A stretch of DNA of 64,000 nucleotides from Octopus vulgaris (GCA_951406725.2 OX597815.1:44330001-44394000); one strand, 5' to 3'; shown: positions 12,050 to 27,649, numbered from the stretch's first letter. A program made the numbers and translations. Notes: generated from the sequence alone by a model not told the origin.

Positions 12050-13720
12050 CTAGTTATCATAAAGTCTACTTCATAGACACATGGTCGTTTTGCATGCTAG
12101 AAATAACAGCTAGATCTTCTTCAAACTATACTGTTGAGTGAAAGGAACCAGAGGACCATTTAGTGATCATCTTACATGCTAGAAATAGCAGTTAGATCTC
12201 TTCTAAGAGAATGTCTTACTGTCCGTTTATAGCAGCTAAAGCTCCTTCACATTACTCTCTGTTAACTGAAAACAACCCTGCCCCCCAATCCCTCTTCATG
12301 GTCGTTTTACACGCTAGAAATAACAGTCATACCTCTTTCAAATTGGTCTACTAGAAACCAACCAGTGAACCTCTTAGTGGTCGTTTTATAAGCTAGAAGT
12401 GACAGCCCGACCCCCGTCAAATTACATTCTGCTGCTAGAAATAGACACACCTAAAATTCCACACTGCTAAATAAAAACTGGACTGGCAATTATGTGTATG
12501 TATATAGTTGTGTGTATAGATAGATATTTTTTTCTCTTGTTTATATATCTTTAATAAGATCATTTCCCAAGGCGTTGCCTCAGAGGATGGCGAGGGTAAT
12601 GCACTGAAACAGTCATTGTAATTCACGGGTTCACACTTGCGAAAAGCCATCTCCACCCCAGTAGCGGTGAGCAGGGATATGGTCCGAGTGCCAAGAACGC
12701 CGGAGGTCACCAATGTCACAGGCTCGACCATAAACTTGTCGGAGAGCGACTTCTAAACTCTTAGTGGCTGTTTCACATGCTAGAAATAGCAGCCAGACCT
12801 CCTTCGACTTACACTCTCCTAAATAAAAACCAATTAGAGAACCTTAGTAATCGTTTTATATACTAGTATTAAAAGTCAGACCTTCCTCAAGAGAATTCAT
12901 TTGTGGTCGTTTTAGATGCTAGATATAGCAGCCCTTCAAACTACACACCGCTAACTGAAAACTAGCCAGAGAATCTCTTAGTAATCGTTTTACATGCTAG
13001 AAATAACAGTTAAATCTCATTCAAGTTAAATAGTAGCAGAATGAAATTCAAGTTTCGCTAATTGTAATCTCATTTATCTCCTAGTTTATTGAAACTTATC
13101 TCTAGAAGCTCTCTAGCCAGTTGGGGATATATATGAGTCATCAAAATCAATGTCAACTGATAAATGGACGAACCAGCATGACCTGTTAGTGGTCGTTTTC
13201 CACGCTAGAAATAGCAGAGATACGGTCTTCAAGTTAAACGGGAAACTAACTAGAGAACCTTGATGGTTCTTTTACATACTAGAAATAGCAACCATGCCTT
13301 TTTCAAATTTCACTCTGCTAATTGAATACCAACTGGAGAATCACTTTGTGGTCATTTTACAAATTAGAAATAGTAGTCAGACCTTCAAATTAATCTTCAT
13401 TAACTGAAGACTAACTAAAGAAACTTAGTGATCGTTTGAGATCCTAGAAATAGCAACCATACCTCCTTCAAATTACACTATGCTACTTGAAAAGCTACAA
13501 GAGAAACGCTTAGTGATCGTTTTAGATGCTAGAAATAGCAGCCTGACTGATTTCAATTGATACCTTGTAAGATGAAAATAACTAGAGTTCGTTACACATG
13601 CTATAAATAGAGGCTATACCTTCTTCAAACTATACTCTGCTACCTATACCAATTAGAGAACCTTTTAGTATTCTTCTAGCATGTTAGAAATAACAGCTAG
13701 AACGTCTTCAAATTGAATCC
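12050..13720 (+). repeat. Diverged tandem array, ~80-bp unit, about 17 copies, two interruptions
   Basis: Recurrent core TAGTGGTCGTTTTACATGCTAGAAATAGCAGC followed by cttcaaattacactctgctaactgaaaac..agagaacc. Confidence 0.9.
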
Positions 13721-13875
13721 AGGTAAAAAAAAAAAAGTCACAGGAAAAAAGTCACGGAAAATAAGTCAAAGGAGAAAAAATAACAGGGGTTTCGTCGGGG
13801 TTGGGTCCGTGGGGTTTTGTCCGGATCCCATGAATTAATTGTGACTTTTTTCTTGTGACTTCATTACCGGCCACC
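13718..13875. mobile_element. Short MITE-like element with inverted sub-repeats
   Basis: ggaaaaaagtcac-like x3 at left and gtgacttttttc-like x2 at right; internal gggggttttgtccggatccc. Confidence 0.5.
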
Positions 13876-14302
13876 TTCATCTTATATTCTGCTCACTAAA
13901 AAAAAGTGAGGGAGGAGTACAACAAATTATCATTATGTCGGGAGGAAAAGATGAGAGGATGACGACCAGCAGAAATCATGACTGTTACCAAGGAGAATTT
14001 AAACAATAACAGGAACATGGTGAAGTAGAAGGCGAGGTACATTGATACGTAAATAAATAGATAACAAGATGAGGTAAATATATAGAACGACTAATATACA
14101 CCAATACATGGTACATAGTGAGATCAATAGTTAAAACTGATATTATGCAAAATGGTTAGGTAGAGTATATTAGACCAGTGGATTGGTAAATTAATAATAT
14201 GTAACATAAATATATATATCATATATTTATGGACACACACACATTCAGAGCAAAGTGTACATATGTATATGTATATATATATAAATGTATATATATATAT
14301 AT

Positions 14303-14347
<45 letters not shown>

Positions 14348-14384
14348 CATATATATATATACATATACATATACATATATATAC

Positions 14385-14437
<53 letters not shown>

Positions 14438-14573
14438 GCACAGATTTTCTTTAAGACGTTATACGATTCATTTTAAAAATCCTTAATATGAAGAATAGAC
14501 CACGATGATAAATTTTTAGAAACACCCAGATAAATATGTGACATATAAATAGATATATATAAACAAATATACA

Positions 14574-14663
<90 letters not shown>

Positions 14664-14781
14664 TGTGCATATATGAAAGCACGTGTTTATATTTTTGAAA
14701 TTCGTGTTTGAAATTCGCGCCAACTTCAGAGCTGCACTCACTCGTTTCTGCAAAATAAAATTTTTAAAGCGATGTATATAT

Positions 14782-14814
<33 letters not shown>

Positions 14815-14971
14815 GTGTGTGTGTGTGTAAATAATCATTTGTATATTCATGTATGTATGTGCCTATGCTTGTAAGCGCATGTTTAGTAAGGACCCACGTG
14901 TGCTTATTTCGCATCAAGCCTTCAGTTACACACCCTTGTTTTACAAGAATTATATAATATATATATATATA

Positions 14972-15405
14972 ATGTGTGGCTGTATTGTAAGAAGCTTACT
15001 TCCCAACCACATGGTTCTAGGTTCAGTCCACGGCGTGGAACCTTGGTCAAGTGTCTTCTACTATATAGCCTCGGGCCGACCAAAGCTTTTGTGAGTGGAT
15101 TTAGTTGGCAGAAACTGAAAGAAACACGTCGTGTATATATATATATATATTTGTGTCTGTGTTTTCCTCCAACCATCATTTGACAAGTGATGTTGGCGTG
15201 TTTACATCCCCGTAATATAGCGGTTCGGCAAAAGTAACCGATAGAATAAGTACTAGGCTTACAAGGAATACGTCCCACCAACATGGTTCCGGGTTCAGTC
15301 TCACAGCGTGGCACCTTGGGCAAGTGTCTTCTACTATAACCCCGGGCCGACCAAAGATTTGTTAGTGGATTTGGTAGACGGAGACTGAAAGACGTCCGCC
15401 GTATA
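14972..15405 (+). mobile_element. Two adjacent truncated family-A SINEs
   Basis: Head to gcttacaaggaata, then restart at ccaacatggttccgggttcag. Confidence 0.8.
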
Positions 15406-15529
15406 TATACATATCTATGTATTTGTGTGACTGCTATGTTGTAGAGCAGTTTCCTCACAATCGCTTGTTACGTGGACACAAACACACCAATATCGGTTGT
15501 CAAGCGATGGCGGGGGTGGGGGTGCGAAC

Positions 15530-16100
15530 TGCTCTACTACATAGTTAGCCTCTAACTTTTGACCCCCGTGATATGGACAATCCCATTAAACTCACTCCAC
15601 AGCGTCCTGCCCTCGCTATTTTCCCCCAGAAAAATTGAAATAGGATGTAACTCTAATAACCTGTGGAAATTCCTCCTGGAAGTGACTTTCTTTAACATAC
15701 GATGTAATCCCGTAGCTTATGGATATCACCTTGGAATTGACATTTTTAACATTCCTGACTATTTCTATTATGTTATTTTATTTTATTATTTTACCTTACT
15801 TCCTCACATGTTAGATTCCTAACATTATGGTCTCTCTGACGAAGCATTGGGTCTCAATCATTGCTCAACCCCTGTCCAATGTTTGCTCAACCTTTGTAAA
15901 ACCCCTGTATATTACTGGTAGGATATGAAAATCTTGGTAAATTGGGCAGCCCCATAGTAGAAACAACTTTTGGTATTTAGTATTTTTTCACTCATTTATT
16001 ATTATTTATTTAATTTTATTTATCTATATATTTACTTTATTTGTTTACTTTATTTTTTTATTTTGATTACTTATACATATGATTGTAATTAATTAATAAA
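15530..16100 (+). mobile_element. Possible Penelope-like element 3' terminus, decayed
   Basis: CTGACGA at 15836 and GAAAC at 15960, T-rich tail; hammerhead stems not recoverable. Confidence 0.3.
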
Positions 16101-16134
16101 TAGTTCCAGTTCCAAATGAATGTTTACACATTGA

Positions 16135-16175
16135 TGTTTGTCGATTGATTATCCTGTCTATTTCCTTATTTACCC

Positions 16176-16206
<31 letters not shown>

Positions 16207-16246
16207 TATATGTTTGTCGATTGATTATCCTGTCTATTTCCTTATT

Positions 16247-16280
<34 letters not shown>
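16135..16280 (+). repeat. Local direct duplication of a ~41-bp unique segment plus (TA)n
   Basis: tgtttgtcgattgattatcctgtctatttccttatttaccc at 16135 and 16211. Confidence 0.9.
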
Positions 16281-16282
<2 letters not shown>

Positions 16283-16688
16283 CGTATATTATATAATATA
16301 AAAAATATATTTATTCCTACATACATACATAAATAAATACATATATTACATACATTACAGACATGCTTGTATGTATATTTGTAACATCCGCGACAGTCAA
16401 GGAATTACTGTATATGTATATCCAAGCATGTATGTGTATATACAAATAGAAACGAAAACACGTGTTCGAAATTTGCGCCAAATCTTCAGTTACACCCTCA
16501 CCTTGTAATATATAATGAAAGCATGAAATTCGCGCCAAATTACAACCCACTGTTTCACAAAAGAATTTACTGTTCATAATGCTGGATGGTTGTAAAAATA
16601 TATATTTATTTACATATCACATATTATTTCTTCATATTAGCGCTCTCAACTACTCCTGTAGTTTCATCAGAACTATATATATCATATA

Positions 16689-17110
16689 CATAAAACGTAC
16701 GTCAGAGAGTGAGAGACAGACAGACAAACAGAAAGAGAGAAATGGGAGGCAGAGAGAGATACACCGAAAGAGAAAGAGAATATATACATGCAAGGCTTCA
16801 GTCATATGCTCATCAATAAAAGGACGTGGTTTTAGACCCACGTGTTTAAATTTCGCGCCATCTCTTCCGATACACACCCTCCTTCGACAAAAGAACTTTG
16901 GTTAAGCGATATTTTAAAATGACTTTTGCTAGACCAAATTTCTTTGCCGAACAAGGGTGTGTATCGGAAGAGATGGCGCGAAATTTAAACACGTGGGTCT
17001 AAAACCTCGTGCTTTTATTGATGAGCATATGACTGTGAAGCATTACATCTCTCTTTCTGTTTCAGTGTATCTCTCTGTCTCCCATTTTCTCTCTCTCTCA
17101 CACGTTTTAT
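16689..17110. repeat. Fold-back inverted repeat carrying two E-box/CHR/E2F cassettes
   Basis: 16799-16880 is the reverse complement of 16954-17035 with 2 mismatches in 82 bp; outer arms more diverged. Confidence 0.95.
16830..16895. promoter_or_regulatory. Putative composite cis-element CACGTG-TTTAAA-TTTCGCGCC-n-ACACCC (representative copy)
   Basis: gacccacgtgtttaaatttcgcgcca..tacacaccct; motif match only, function not shown. Confidence 0.4.
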
Positions 17111-17176
17111 TACGTAGTCATGCATGTCATGTCGAGAGCAGTTTCCCTATTTCCTCTTACCCCCTCTCTCTCCTAG

Positions 17177-17270
<94 letters not shown>

Positions 17271-17445
17271 GTCTGTCTATCTATACCATTGTCCGACGAT
17301 GGCTTCGCTGGCCGAAACTTCGAAATCACTGCTAACAACGTTTTGTAGCTGCAAACGTATAAAGTAATCAATCCATCACATTAAAGAAAAATTGTTTTAT
17401 TATATTGTTATACTTGGTTGGGGATAATCCATACAACTAAATATT

Positions 17446-17495
<50 letters not shown>

Positions 17496-17756
17496 TATAT
17501 ATACACGTATATATTACACATGTATATATATATACATATATGTATATATACATGTATACACACAAACTATATATATATATATACATATAGACACAAGCAC
17601 ACACATGTGTATATGAATATATATATTATACGGAGATATAAACACCGATTATCAATCGGTGGTGCGTGATATACACACACGCACACACTCACACATTGCG
17701 TACTTGCAGAGTTTATATATATATAGGTGTGTGTGTGTATGTATATATATATATAT

Positions 17757-17809
<53 letters not shown>

Positions 17810-17898
17810 GAATATATACATATACACATACACTCATATATTAAAACAGATACACACACACATATATGTATATTGATATATATATATATATATGTCTA

Positions 17899-18603
<705 letters not shown>

Positions 18604-19226
18604 ATTCATTTTTTAAATTATAATATTATTCATCAATATTGTTTCCTCAATCCTTTTTCGAAACACGAGGGCGTGTAAGATAAGATTTGGCGCGCACTTC
18701 AAACACGTGGGTCCAAACTACACACAACCCTGGTTGTCGTAGTAAAAACTTTGTTTTTTTCTTACACCCATGCTGTCACTTAAACCGCTCCTTTACGCGC
18801 ATGTACATGTACGCACGTATACGACACTTACACAAATACATATACACATACACAATCGTGATGTGTGTATAGACATTTTAGATAGGCAGAGTAACAGAGA
18901 AAGAGAAACCAAGGTTAAAGAGATAGATAGAGAGATAGTTCAACCGAGCAGTCATGTTCATTTGGACCCACGGGTTTATAAAAGCGCGCCAATTTTTTTA
19001 CTTTTACCCGCCCTCGTGTTTTGTAAAAGATCTTTCCATCAAACTGTATTTAATGATACGTTTAATAGAGAAAACAAGTGAAAATACCGAACATGTATAA
19101 ATGTATATATGTGTGTTTGTATGTACGCACACACACACATATATTGTACTTCGAGATGGTCATTTTATTATTATTTGGCAAAAAAATAATAGTAAAATAT
19201 ATATATATATGTGTGTGTGTGTATAC

Positions 19227-19272
<46 letters not shown>

Positions 19273-19307
19273 ATACATATATATAAATGTATACATATAT
19301 ATATCTG

Positions 19308-19400
<93 letters not shown>

Positions 19401-19516
19401 CTATGTGTATATATACATTTATTTTTCTCGCCTTTCTTTTAAATTATGAGCTCTGTCTCTCCCCCTCTCTTTAATACTACTATATATATATATATATATA
19501 CCTACACACACCCCGT

Positions 19517-19629
<113 letters not shown>

Positions 19630-19958
19630 GGGGAGGGTGGGAGACAGCGCGATGATAGCAGGTAGGTAATGCAGGTGGGCAAGTAAGTAGACTCTTTGAT
19701 AGGAAGGTAGGACAAGCAGGCAAGCAGGTAGGTAGGTGTTTGTAATTATATATATATACATGCAATATGTGTGCGAGTGTGTATGTGTATGCAAAACTAC
19801 CTCCAGACAGTACAGATATTTAGTCATCTTCAGCTGCAATATTACTTACATACGTACTTTGATTCTATTATGCATAGCCTTTATTCACACATGCCTATAC
19901 ACATTACACGCACCTGCACTATATCCTCTCATATCCTCCTCTCTCTTCCTCACACACA

Positions 19959-19992
<34 letters not shown>

Positions 19993-20741
19993 TGAGAAGT
20001 GAATAAGTAAATCAATCTCTCTACACACTCCTACCTCCAATCTCTACGTCCATCTCTATGAGAATTTGTTACTGTGAATAAGGTGTACAAAGTAGCCAAT
20101 TTTATAGTCAGCGCACACCTGCATTTCACACCCCTTTCTCTCTGTCTCTCTGTCTGTCCCTCCCTCTCTCTCTCTCTGAAATAGAGGAGCAAATTGAGAG
20201 GGAAAAAAGGGAACAGGAGGGATCTCAGTAACATTATTTACGCTTCTTTTTAATGCAAAAATACTTCTTTTTTTTTCTACTTATGGGCGAATTGAGAGAC
20301 ATCCCATAAAATACACGTGCGTCGTCTAGTTTGCATTTTACACACTCGTGCACACACCGATATGTTTTTCTGACTCTCTCCCTTTCTTTCTCTGTATGTG
20401 GGGTGGGGGAGTGATATGTGTGTGGAGGGGTGTATGTCTGTGTGAGTGTGAGTGTGTGTGTATGTGAAGGTGCGCGTGTGTATTTCTGCTTTTATAGTTA
20501 ATGTGTGTGAAAGTGAAATGCGACGTCAATGATGAGAACAAGATGACAGACACCACCATTACCGCCAACAACAACATCAAAATAATAACAATAACAATGT
20601 CGAAAGTCACAAATGAACTGGACCCCATATTTTCATGTTCACTCTGATTGCAAGGCCATTCAGCTGACTATTTTGGCGGGTGGCTGGATTGGAGGATGAT
20701 GGGTGGATACAGGGAAATTGGGAGGGAAGGATGGATAGATC

Positions 20742-20820
<79 letters not shown>

Positions 20821-20974
20821 GTTGTACCTGTAGTAGCAGGAGGGCTGTCCACCTATCCAGACGAGAGAACGTCTACGTAGATTTTGTACGGTCACTCGAC
20901 CTGCCACAAATAGCAACCAAATTTCCTGTTAATCACACTTTACCATCTTAAAGGGAGACAATTAAGTACATGTG

Positions 20975-21372
20975 GCTCTTTTACTTGTTTCAGTTATTTC
21001 ACCCCCACCATACTGGAGCACCGCCTTGAAGGATTTTAGTCGAACAAACCGACCCAAGGACTTATTTTTGAAGCCTAGTACTTATTCTTTTATCATTCTC
21101 TTTTTGCCGAACCGCTAATTTACGGGGACAAAACCGGTTGTTGAGCGGTGGTGATGGGGGGTGACAAACAAACGCAAAGGCACACACACACACATAGTAT
21201 ATTCATATATATTAGATACGACGGGCTTCTTTCAGTTACCATCAACCAAATCCACTCATGAGGCTTTGGTCGGCCCTAGACTAAAGAAGACACGTTCCAA
21301 AGTACCTGTCAGAGGGACTGAACCCGGAACCATGTAGTTGAGAAGCAAATTTCTTACCACACAGTCACGCCT
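20975..21372 (-). mobile_element. SINE family A
   Basis: Reverse-complement match across head, microsatellite and tail. Confidence 0.85.
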
Positions 21373-21531
21373 TCTACCTGAAGATGAGATGAGATGATGC
21401 TGGGGATGCTTTTGATCATCGGTCTGTTTGATCATTGTTGACATAAATCTACTTAACTACCCATGCATTTACCTGACCCTTACACCTGTTCAGCCTAATC
21501 CTTCATTTCATTCATACATTCAGTTAGAGTC

Positions 21532-21941
21532 TAGTGGTTCTCAACCGCGGTGCATCCGGCCCTTAAGGGCTCATATGACCCTTGGATGTTAAAATTTATG
21601 TACAATAAATTCTCCAATACAGAAAGTATTATTATTATTATTTTTTTAATCTTTACAATTCCTAATAATATTTAATTATAAAGATATTCTTTCTTTTATT
21701 GTTTTACTTGTTTCAGCCATCTGATTACAGCCATGCTGGAGCACCGTTTGAAGGGTTTTAGTCAAACAAATCGACCCTACTACTAATTTTATTTTAAAGC
21801 CTAGCACTTATTCTATCGGTCTCTTTTGCCGAACCCCTAAGTTACGAGGACATAAACACTCCAACACGGGTTGTCAAGTGGTGATGTGGGGACGGGGGAC
21901 GAACACAGACACAAAGACACATACACATATATATATACATA

Positions 21942-22000
<59 letters not shown>

Positions 22001-22257
22001 GACGGGCTTCTTTCAGTTTTCAAATTCGCTAGCAAGGCTTTGGATAGCCCGAGGCTTTAGTAGAAGATACTTGCCCAACGTGTCACGCAGTGGGACTGAA
22101 CCTGGAACTATGTGGTTGAGAAGGAATCTTCTTACCACACAGTCACTCATGCGCCTTAAATAGGATTCTTTTTTAATATTGAATAGGAATGAGGGTTCTG
22201 TAGGGTAAAATAGAAATTGAAGGGACTCAGAGGTAAAATATAGTTGAGAAACACACT
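21532..22257. mobile_element. hAT-Charlie-like MITE containing a family-A SINE (21690-22155, minus)
   Basis: Ends tagtggttctcaac / gttgagaaacacact; TSD not recognisable. Confidence 0.55.
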
Positions 22258-22827
22258 CTTCGATCCACCAGTCTATATATATCTATATATATCTATCTAT
22301 CAAACCAGCCATGCAGCCGCGCAGCTATCCACTTGTCTTCCCTTCATGATACGCCTGTCCCTCATCCATCCATCTACCCAGCTTCTTCCCAGTCATACGC
22401 CCCTATCCATCCATCTAATTTATCTACGTATTCATCTACACAAGCAGCTATCATTAAACCTTCCACCCTTCCGTCTAATCAGTTGGCCAGTCATCCACCC
22501 CATCCATGCATGCACCTGTCCAACCAGTCAACCAGTCAGCCAGACTTCACCCACCCGCCCATTCATCCATCCATCCACCTATTCAAATAGCTAGTTTTCA
22601 TCTACTCGTCAATCCATGTGGATGAGCAGTTGAATATGCATATAAACACACATTTATCCGGACGTTATCCAAAGGTATGGGTGCTTAGGCCATCATAATT
22701 TTACACACAAACACACACACACATATATACAGGAGGACCAAAATTTACACGCATGCTTCAATTTTTTCTGAAGTTGAATAAAATAGATAAAATGACGAAT
22801 ACACTCTTACTTGAACATGAACAAAAT

Positions 22828-22972
22828 GGAGGAGGAGGAGGAGGAGAAGAAGAAGAAGATGAAGGAGGAGGAGGAAGAAGAAAAAGAGGAAAGAGGAGGA
22901 GAGGAGGAGAAAGAAGAAAAGAGGGAGGAGGAGGAAGGGGGAAAGGAAGAGGGGAGGGAAGGAGGAGGAGGA
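22828..22972 (+). repeat. Polypurine (GAG/GAA)n low-complexity tract
   Basis: Directly visible; source of the Glu- and Gly-rich track ORFs. Confidence 0.9.
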
Positions 22973-22999
22973 CTGCAAATTGAAAACAAAAATGTGTAA

Positions 23000-23450
<451 letters not shown>

Positions 23451-23730
23451 TATGAAAAGAAAGCAGCCTGCAGAGGGTTGCGGTTACCATCAGGAGAGAC
23501 CATGGTGAATCTGACGGTAGTGGGGATAGATATTTAGGGGCTTTGGAGCTGGATGAGATTCTACACGGAGAGATGAAAGTCAAGGTCAGCGAGATGTATC
23601 AAAAAAGGGTGAAGATGGTGTTGAAATCCAACCTGAATGCCAAAAATTTGATTATCGCAATGAATATCTGGGCAGATGCGGTGGTTAGATATAATGCGTC
23701 CATCCTCAAAAGGACTAAGGAGAAAATATC
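23451..23730 (+). mobile_element. Dong/R4 LINE internal (post-RT) fragment
   Basis: RYLGALELDEILHGEMKVKVSEMYQKRVKMVLKSNLNAKNLIIAMNIWADAVVRYNA resembles YKYLG..EMK..Y.RRV..LKS.LN..N.I.AIN.WAV..RY. Confidence 0.8.
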
Positions 23731-23794
23731 AGCACGTAGCGGCAGGTGAAATACCGCTGAGCATTTCGTCCAGCCTGCTAACGATTCTGCCAGC

Positions 23795-23843
<49 letters not shown>

Positions 23844-23862
23844 TAATAATAATGGGATGGGA

Positions 23863-24173
23863 AGCACTCCGTCGGTTACGACGACGAGGGTTCCGGTTGA
23901 TCTGATCAACGGAACAGCCTGCTCGTGAAATTAACGTGTAAGTGGCTGAGCACTCCACAGACACGTGTACCCTTAACGTAGTTCTCGGGGATATTCAGCG
24001 TGACACAGAGAGTAACAAGGCCGGCCCTTTGAAATACAGGTACAACAGAAACAGGAAGTAAGAGTGAGAGAAAGTTGTGGTGAAAGAGTACAGCAGGGAT
24101 CACCACCATCCCTGCCGGAGCCTCGTGGAGCTTTAGGTGTTTTCGCTCAATAAACACTCACAACGCCCGGTCT
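23863..24173 (-). mobile_element. 5'-truncated family-C SINE between (AAT)n tracts
   Basis: High similarity to 7297-7600. Confidence 0.88.
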
Positions 24174-24307
24174 CCACAATAATAATAATAATAATAACAA
24201 TAATAATAATAATCCTTTCTACTATAGGCACAAGGCCTGAAATTAACGTAATATAAATAAAATGTCATATCAGTAGGGGCGTGTCGTATCATTATGTTTG
24301 TATGTGT

Positions 24308-24361
<54 letters not shown>

Positions 24362-24837
24362 ATATGAGTCTTTGTATATGTTTCTTTCCCCTACCACTGC
24401 TTTACAGCCGAGGTTGGTGTGTTTACGTCTCCGTAATTTAGCGGTTCGGCAAAAGAAAGCGTTAGAATAAGTACTTGGGTCGATTAGTTCGATTAAAATT
24501 CTTAAGGGTTGTGCCCCAGTATGGTCGCAGTCTTAGGACTGAAACAGATAAAAGCGAAAAAGATATATTCGGTTTCGTTTTATTTCTCATTCCCTATCGT
24601 TGTTGTGGTTGACTATAGACGACAATCAGTTTATCATATTACAGTCATATTTTTTAAAGTAAATTTTACCAAAGACTAAAACAAAAAAAACTGTACAGAT
24701 GCATATATCGACCCCTATCCACCCTCACCGTGTCACCAGCATGCTAATAAAATTTTCCACCGCTCTTAGGCAAGCCGGAACCGCCCACTTTGCAAAATGT
24801 TGCTATTTAGTGCTGTAGAGTATACGTGAATGCATCA

Positions 24838-25261
24838 AACAAGTGATAAGAAATTTGCTTCTCAACAGTATGTTTCCGAGTTCAGTCCCACTGCGTGGCA
24901 CCTTGGGCAAGTGTCTTCTACTATAACCTGGGGCCGACCAGGGCCTTGTGAGTGGATTTGGTAGACGGAAACTAAAAGAAGCCCGTCGTATATATGTATA
25001 TGTATATATATATATGTGTGTGTGTGTGTGTGCGTGTGTGCGTATATGTTTGTGTGTCTGTATTTGTTCCCCCCTAACATCGCTTGGCAACCGATGGTGG
25101 TGTGTTTACGTCCCCGTAACTTAGCGGTTCGGCAATAAGTGCCCGATAGAATAAGTACTAGGCTTACAAAGAATAAGCCCTGGGGTCGATTTGCTCGACT
25201 AAAGGCGGTGCTGCTGCATGGCTACAGTCAAATTACTGAAACAAGTAAAAGAGTTAAAGAG
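24838..25261 (+). mobile_element. SINE family A
   Basis: Colinear with the 9481 copy. Confidence 0.9.
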
Positions 25262-25321
25262 TATACTTATCCGTTTAGTATAAATTATCGGGAAAATAGT
25301 ACGCAATATAATAGAGATTTT

Positions 25322-25399
<78 letters not shown>

Positions 25400-26325
25400 T
25401 GTACGTATGTATAATATTGGTCGAGTCAGCCTCTTACTACTCTGAGTTTCACCTGTAGACGCACAGGATCTTTAGAGAACTTGTGACATACATACCAAGT
25501 ATAGGTCCCATGCTGTTTCCGAGTCTTAGGAAAGCATTCATTGGTCAGAGCGGAGAGTAGAATTCACTTTCCGCGAGAACGCGCAATGCGACTGAAATCA
25601 AGAGCACGTGGTTATATAGCGAGTTCTTATTTCATTAATTTATACACGCAGGAAATCCAGCCATAGAAACAATTGTCAAAACAGACAATTGGAGCCTGGA
25701 CATCTCTCGAACTAAATAGCTCCTGTCAGACTGTCCAACCCATGCCAGCATGGAAAACGAATGTTAAATGATGATGATGATGATAATGATATTTTCTCAC
25801 ATCCCTTCTTTTCTTCATGAAAAAATAGCTACGAAGGAGCGGAGCACCTGGTATGAAATATTTACATGGAAGCTTTTCATGTTATGCGCGCGCGTTTGTA
25901 TACACACACACACACACACACACATACGCGCGCGTATTTATATATGTGTATACATTTACGTATATATTTATATGTGAATATATTTACGTATATATATAAA
26001 GTACATGTATTTACATTTATAATAAAATAAAACGTGATCTTTGGTCCTTTTATCAGTAGACCATAAAATAAAACTTGGTAATAAAAAGAAAAAGAAAACC
26101 AAAATTACAGAACGGCCTTTGAAGAACTTGAACTTGCCTATCGGGAGCGTATACTGAGTAAAACTTTCGATTTCAAACCGGAAACAGGAAGTTGATTCGG
26201 TGTCAAAGTGGAGTAAAGCAGCAGACGATTTTGTTTGGAATGGATTGAGGAATGTTAAAATAATCTTCGAAATTCAAAATGTCAATGACAAGGAGAGAAA
26301 GAGGGAAAAGGATATATATATATAC

Positions 26326-26851
<526 letters not shown>

Positions 26852-27259
26852 CCATAAATATATATATATATATTATAAAATGAGATAGGGGTTGAAAAAT
26901 TCAACCCACTATGGGATAACATATATCCAATATATATATATATATAAAGTGTGTCCGAAAGAGTGAGAGAAAGAGTGTGTGTGTGTTTGTGTGTGTGTGC
27001 GTGCGCGCGCGTGTTTGTAGGCCAACAGAATATCGAACTCTCATAGGAACTCCTTATTGAAATATGCGATATTTTTCGGTAATGTTATACGTAAGATTAA
27101 AAACATAAAACGAGAAACAATAGAGTTGGCGTGGGATGCAATGGCGGTAGATATTGATGTGTCATAGGAAGCATTACACAATCCCATTTATTTTCTACTC
27201 CCACAGCTTTTTTTCCTCTTAAATTTTAATTTTAGATGTGGAGTCATGTTCAACTTTTT

Positions 27260-27611
27260 TGGCGTGGCTGTGTGATTAAGCAACTTGCTGTGCAACTACA
27301 CAACTATATAGTTTTAGCTTCATTCTCACTACGTTAGTTAGGCAACTTCGTTTCACAATAGCCTTGCGGTTTATAGTCGTGAATTTGATAGACGGAAACA
27401 CAGTGTGTGTGCGTTGTCATCCACCACCGCTTCACAACCAGTGCGGGTTTGTTTACGTCCCAGTATTAAAGCAGTTCAGAGAAAGAGAACAACAGGATAA
27501 CGACCAGACTTTAAAAAACAAACACGACTGGGATCGGTTTGTTCGACTACACATTTCAAGGCCCTGCTCCAGCATGGCCGTAGTCCATTGCAGGAAGAAA
27601 GTAAAAGATAA

Positions 27612-27649
<38 letters not shown>

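Noticed and set aside
13519-13540. GTTTTAGATGCTAGAAATAGCA is one insertion away from the SpCas9 sgRNA scaffold start, within a repeat-spacer-looking array
   Set aside because: The sgRNA GAAA loop is engineered, the rest of the scaffold is absent, linkers are homologous to each other rather than unique spacers, there are no cas genes, and the motif belongs to a native dispersed repeat. Coincidence, not CRISPR or vector.
16550-16558. CTGTTTCA, identical to the nematode piRNA Ruby motif, inside a cassette copy
   Set aside because: Present in only one of nine copies and the motif is nematode-specific; a chance 8-mer
22753-22999. Glu- or Gly-rich ORFs
   Set aside because: Polypurine low-complexity tract with no splice or domain support
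26165-26195. TTTCAAA next to tandem ETS-like CCGGAAACAGGAAGT
   Set aside because: Single short motif cluster with no linked gene or repetition
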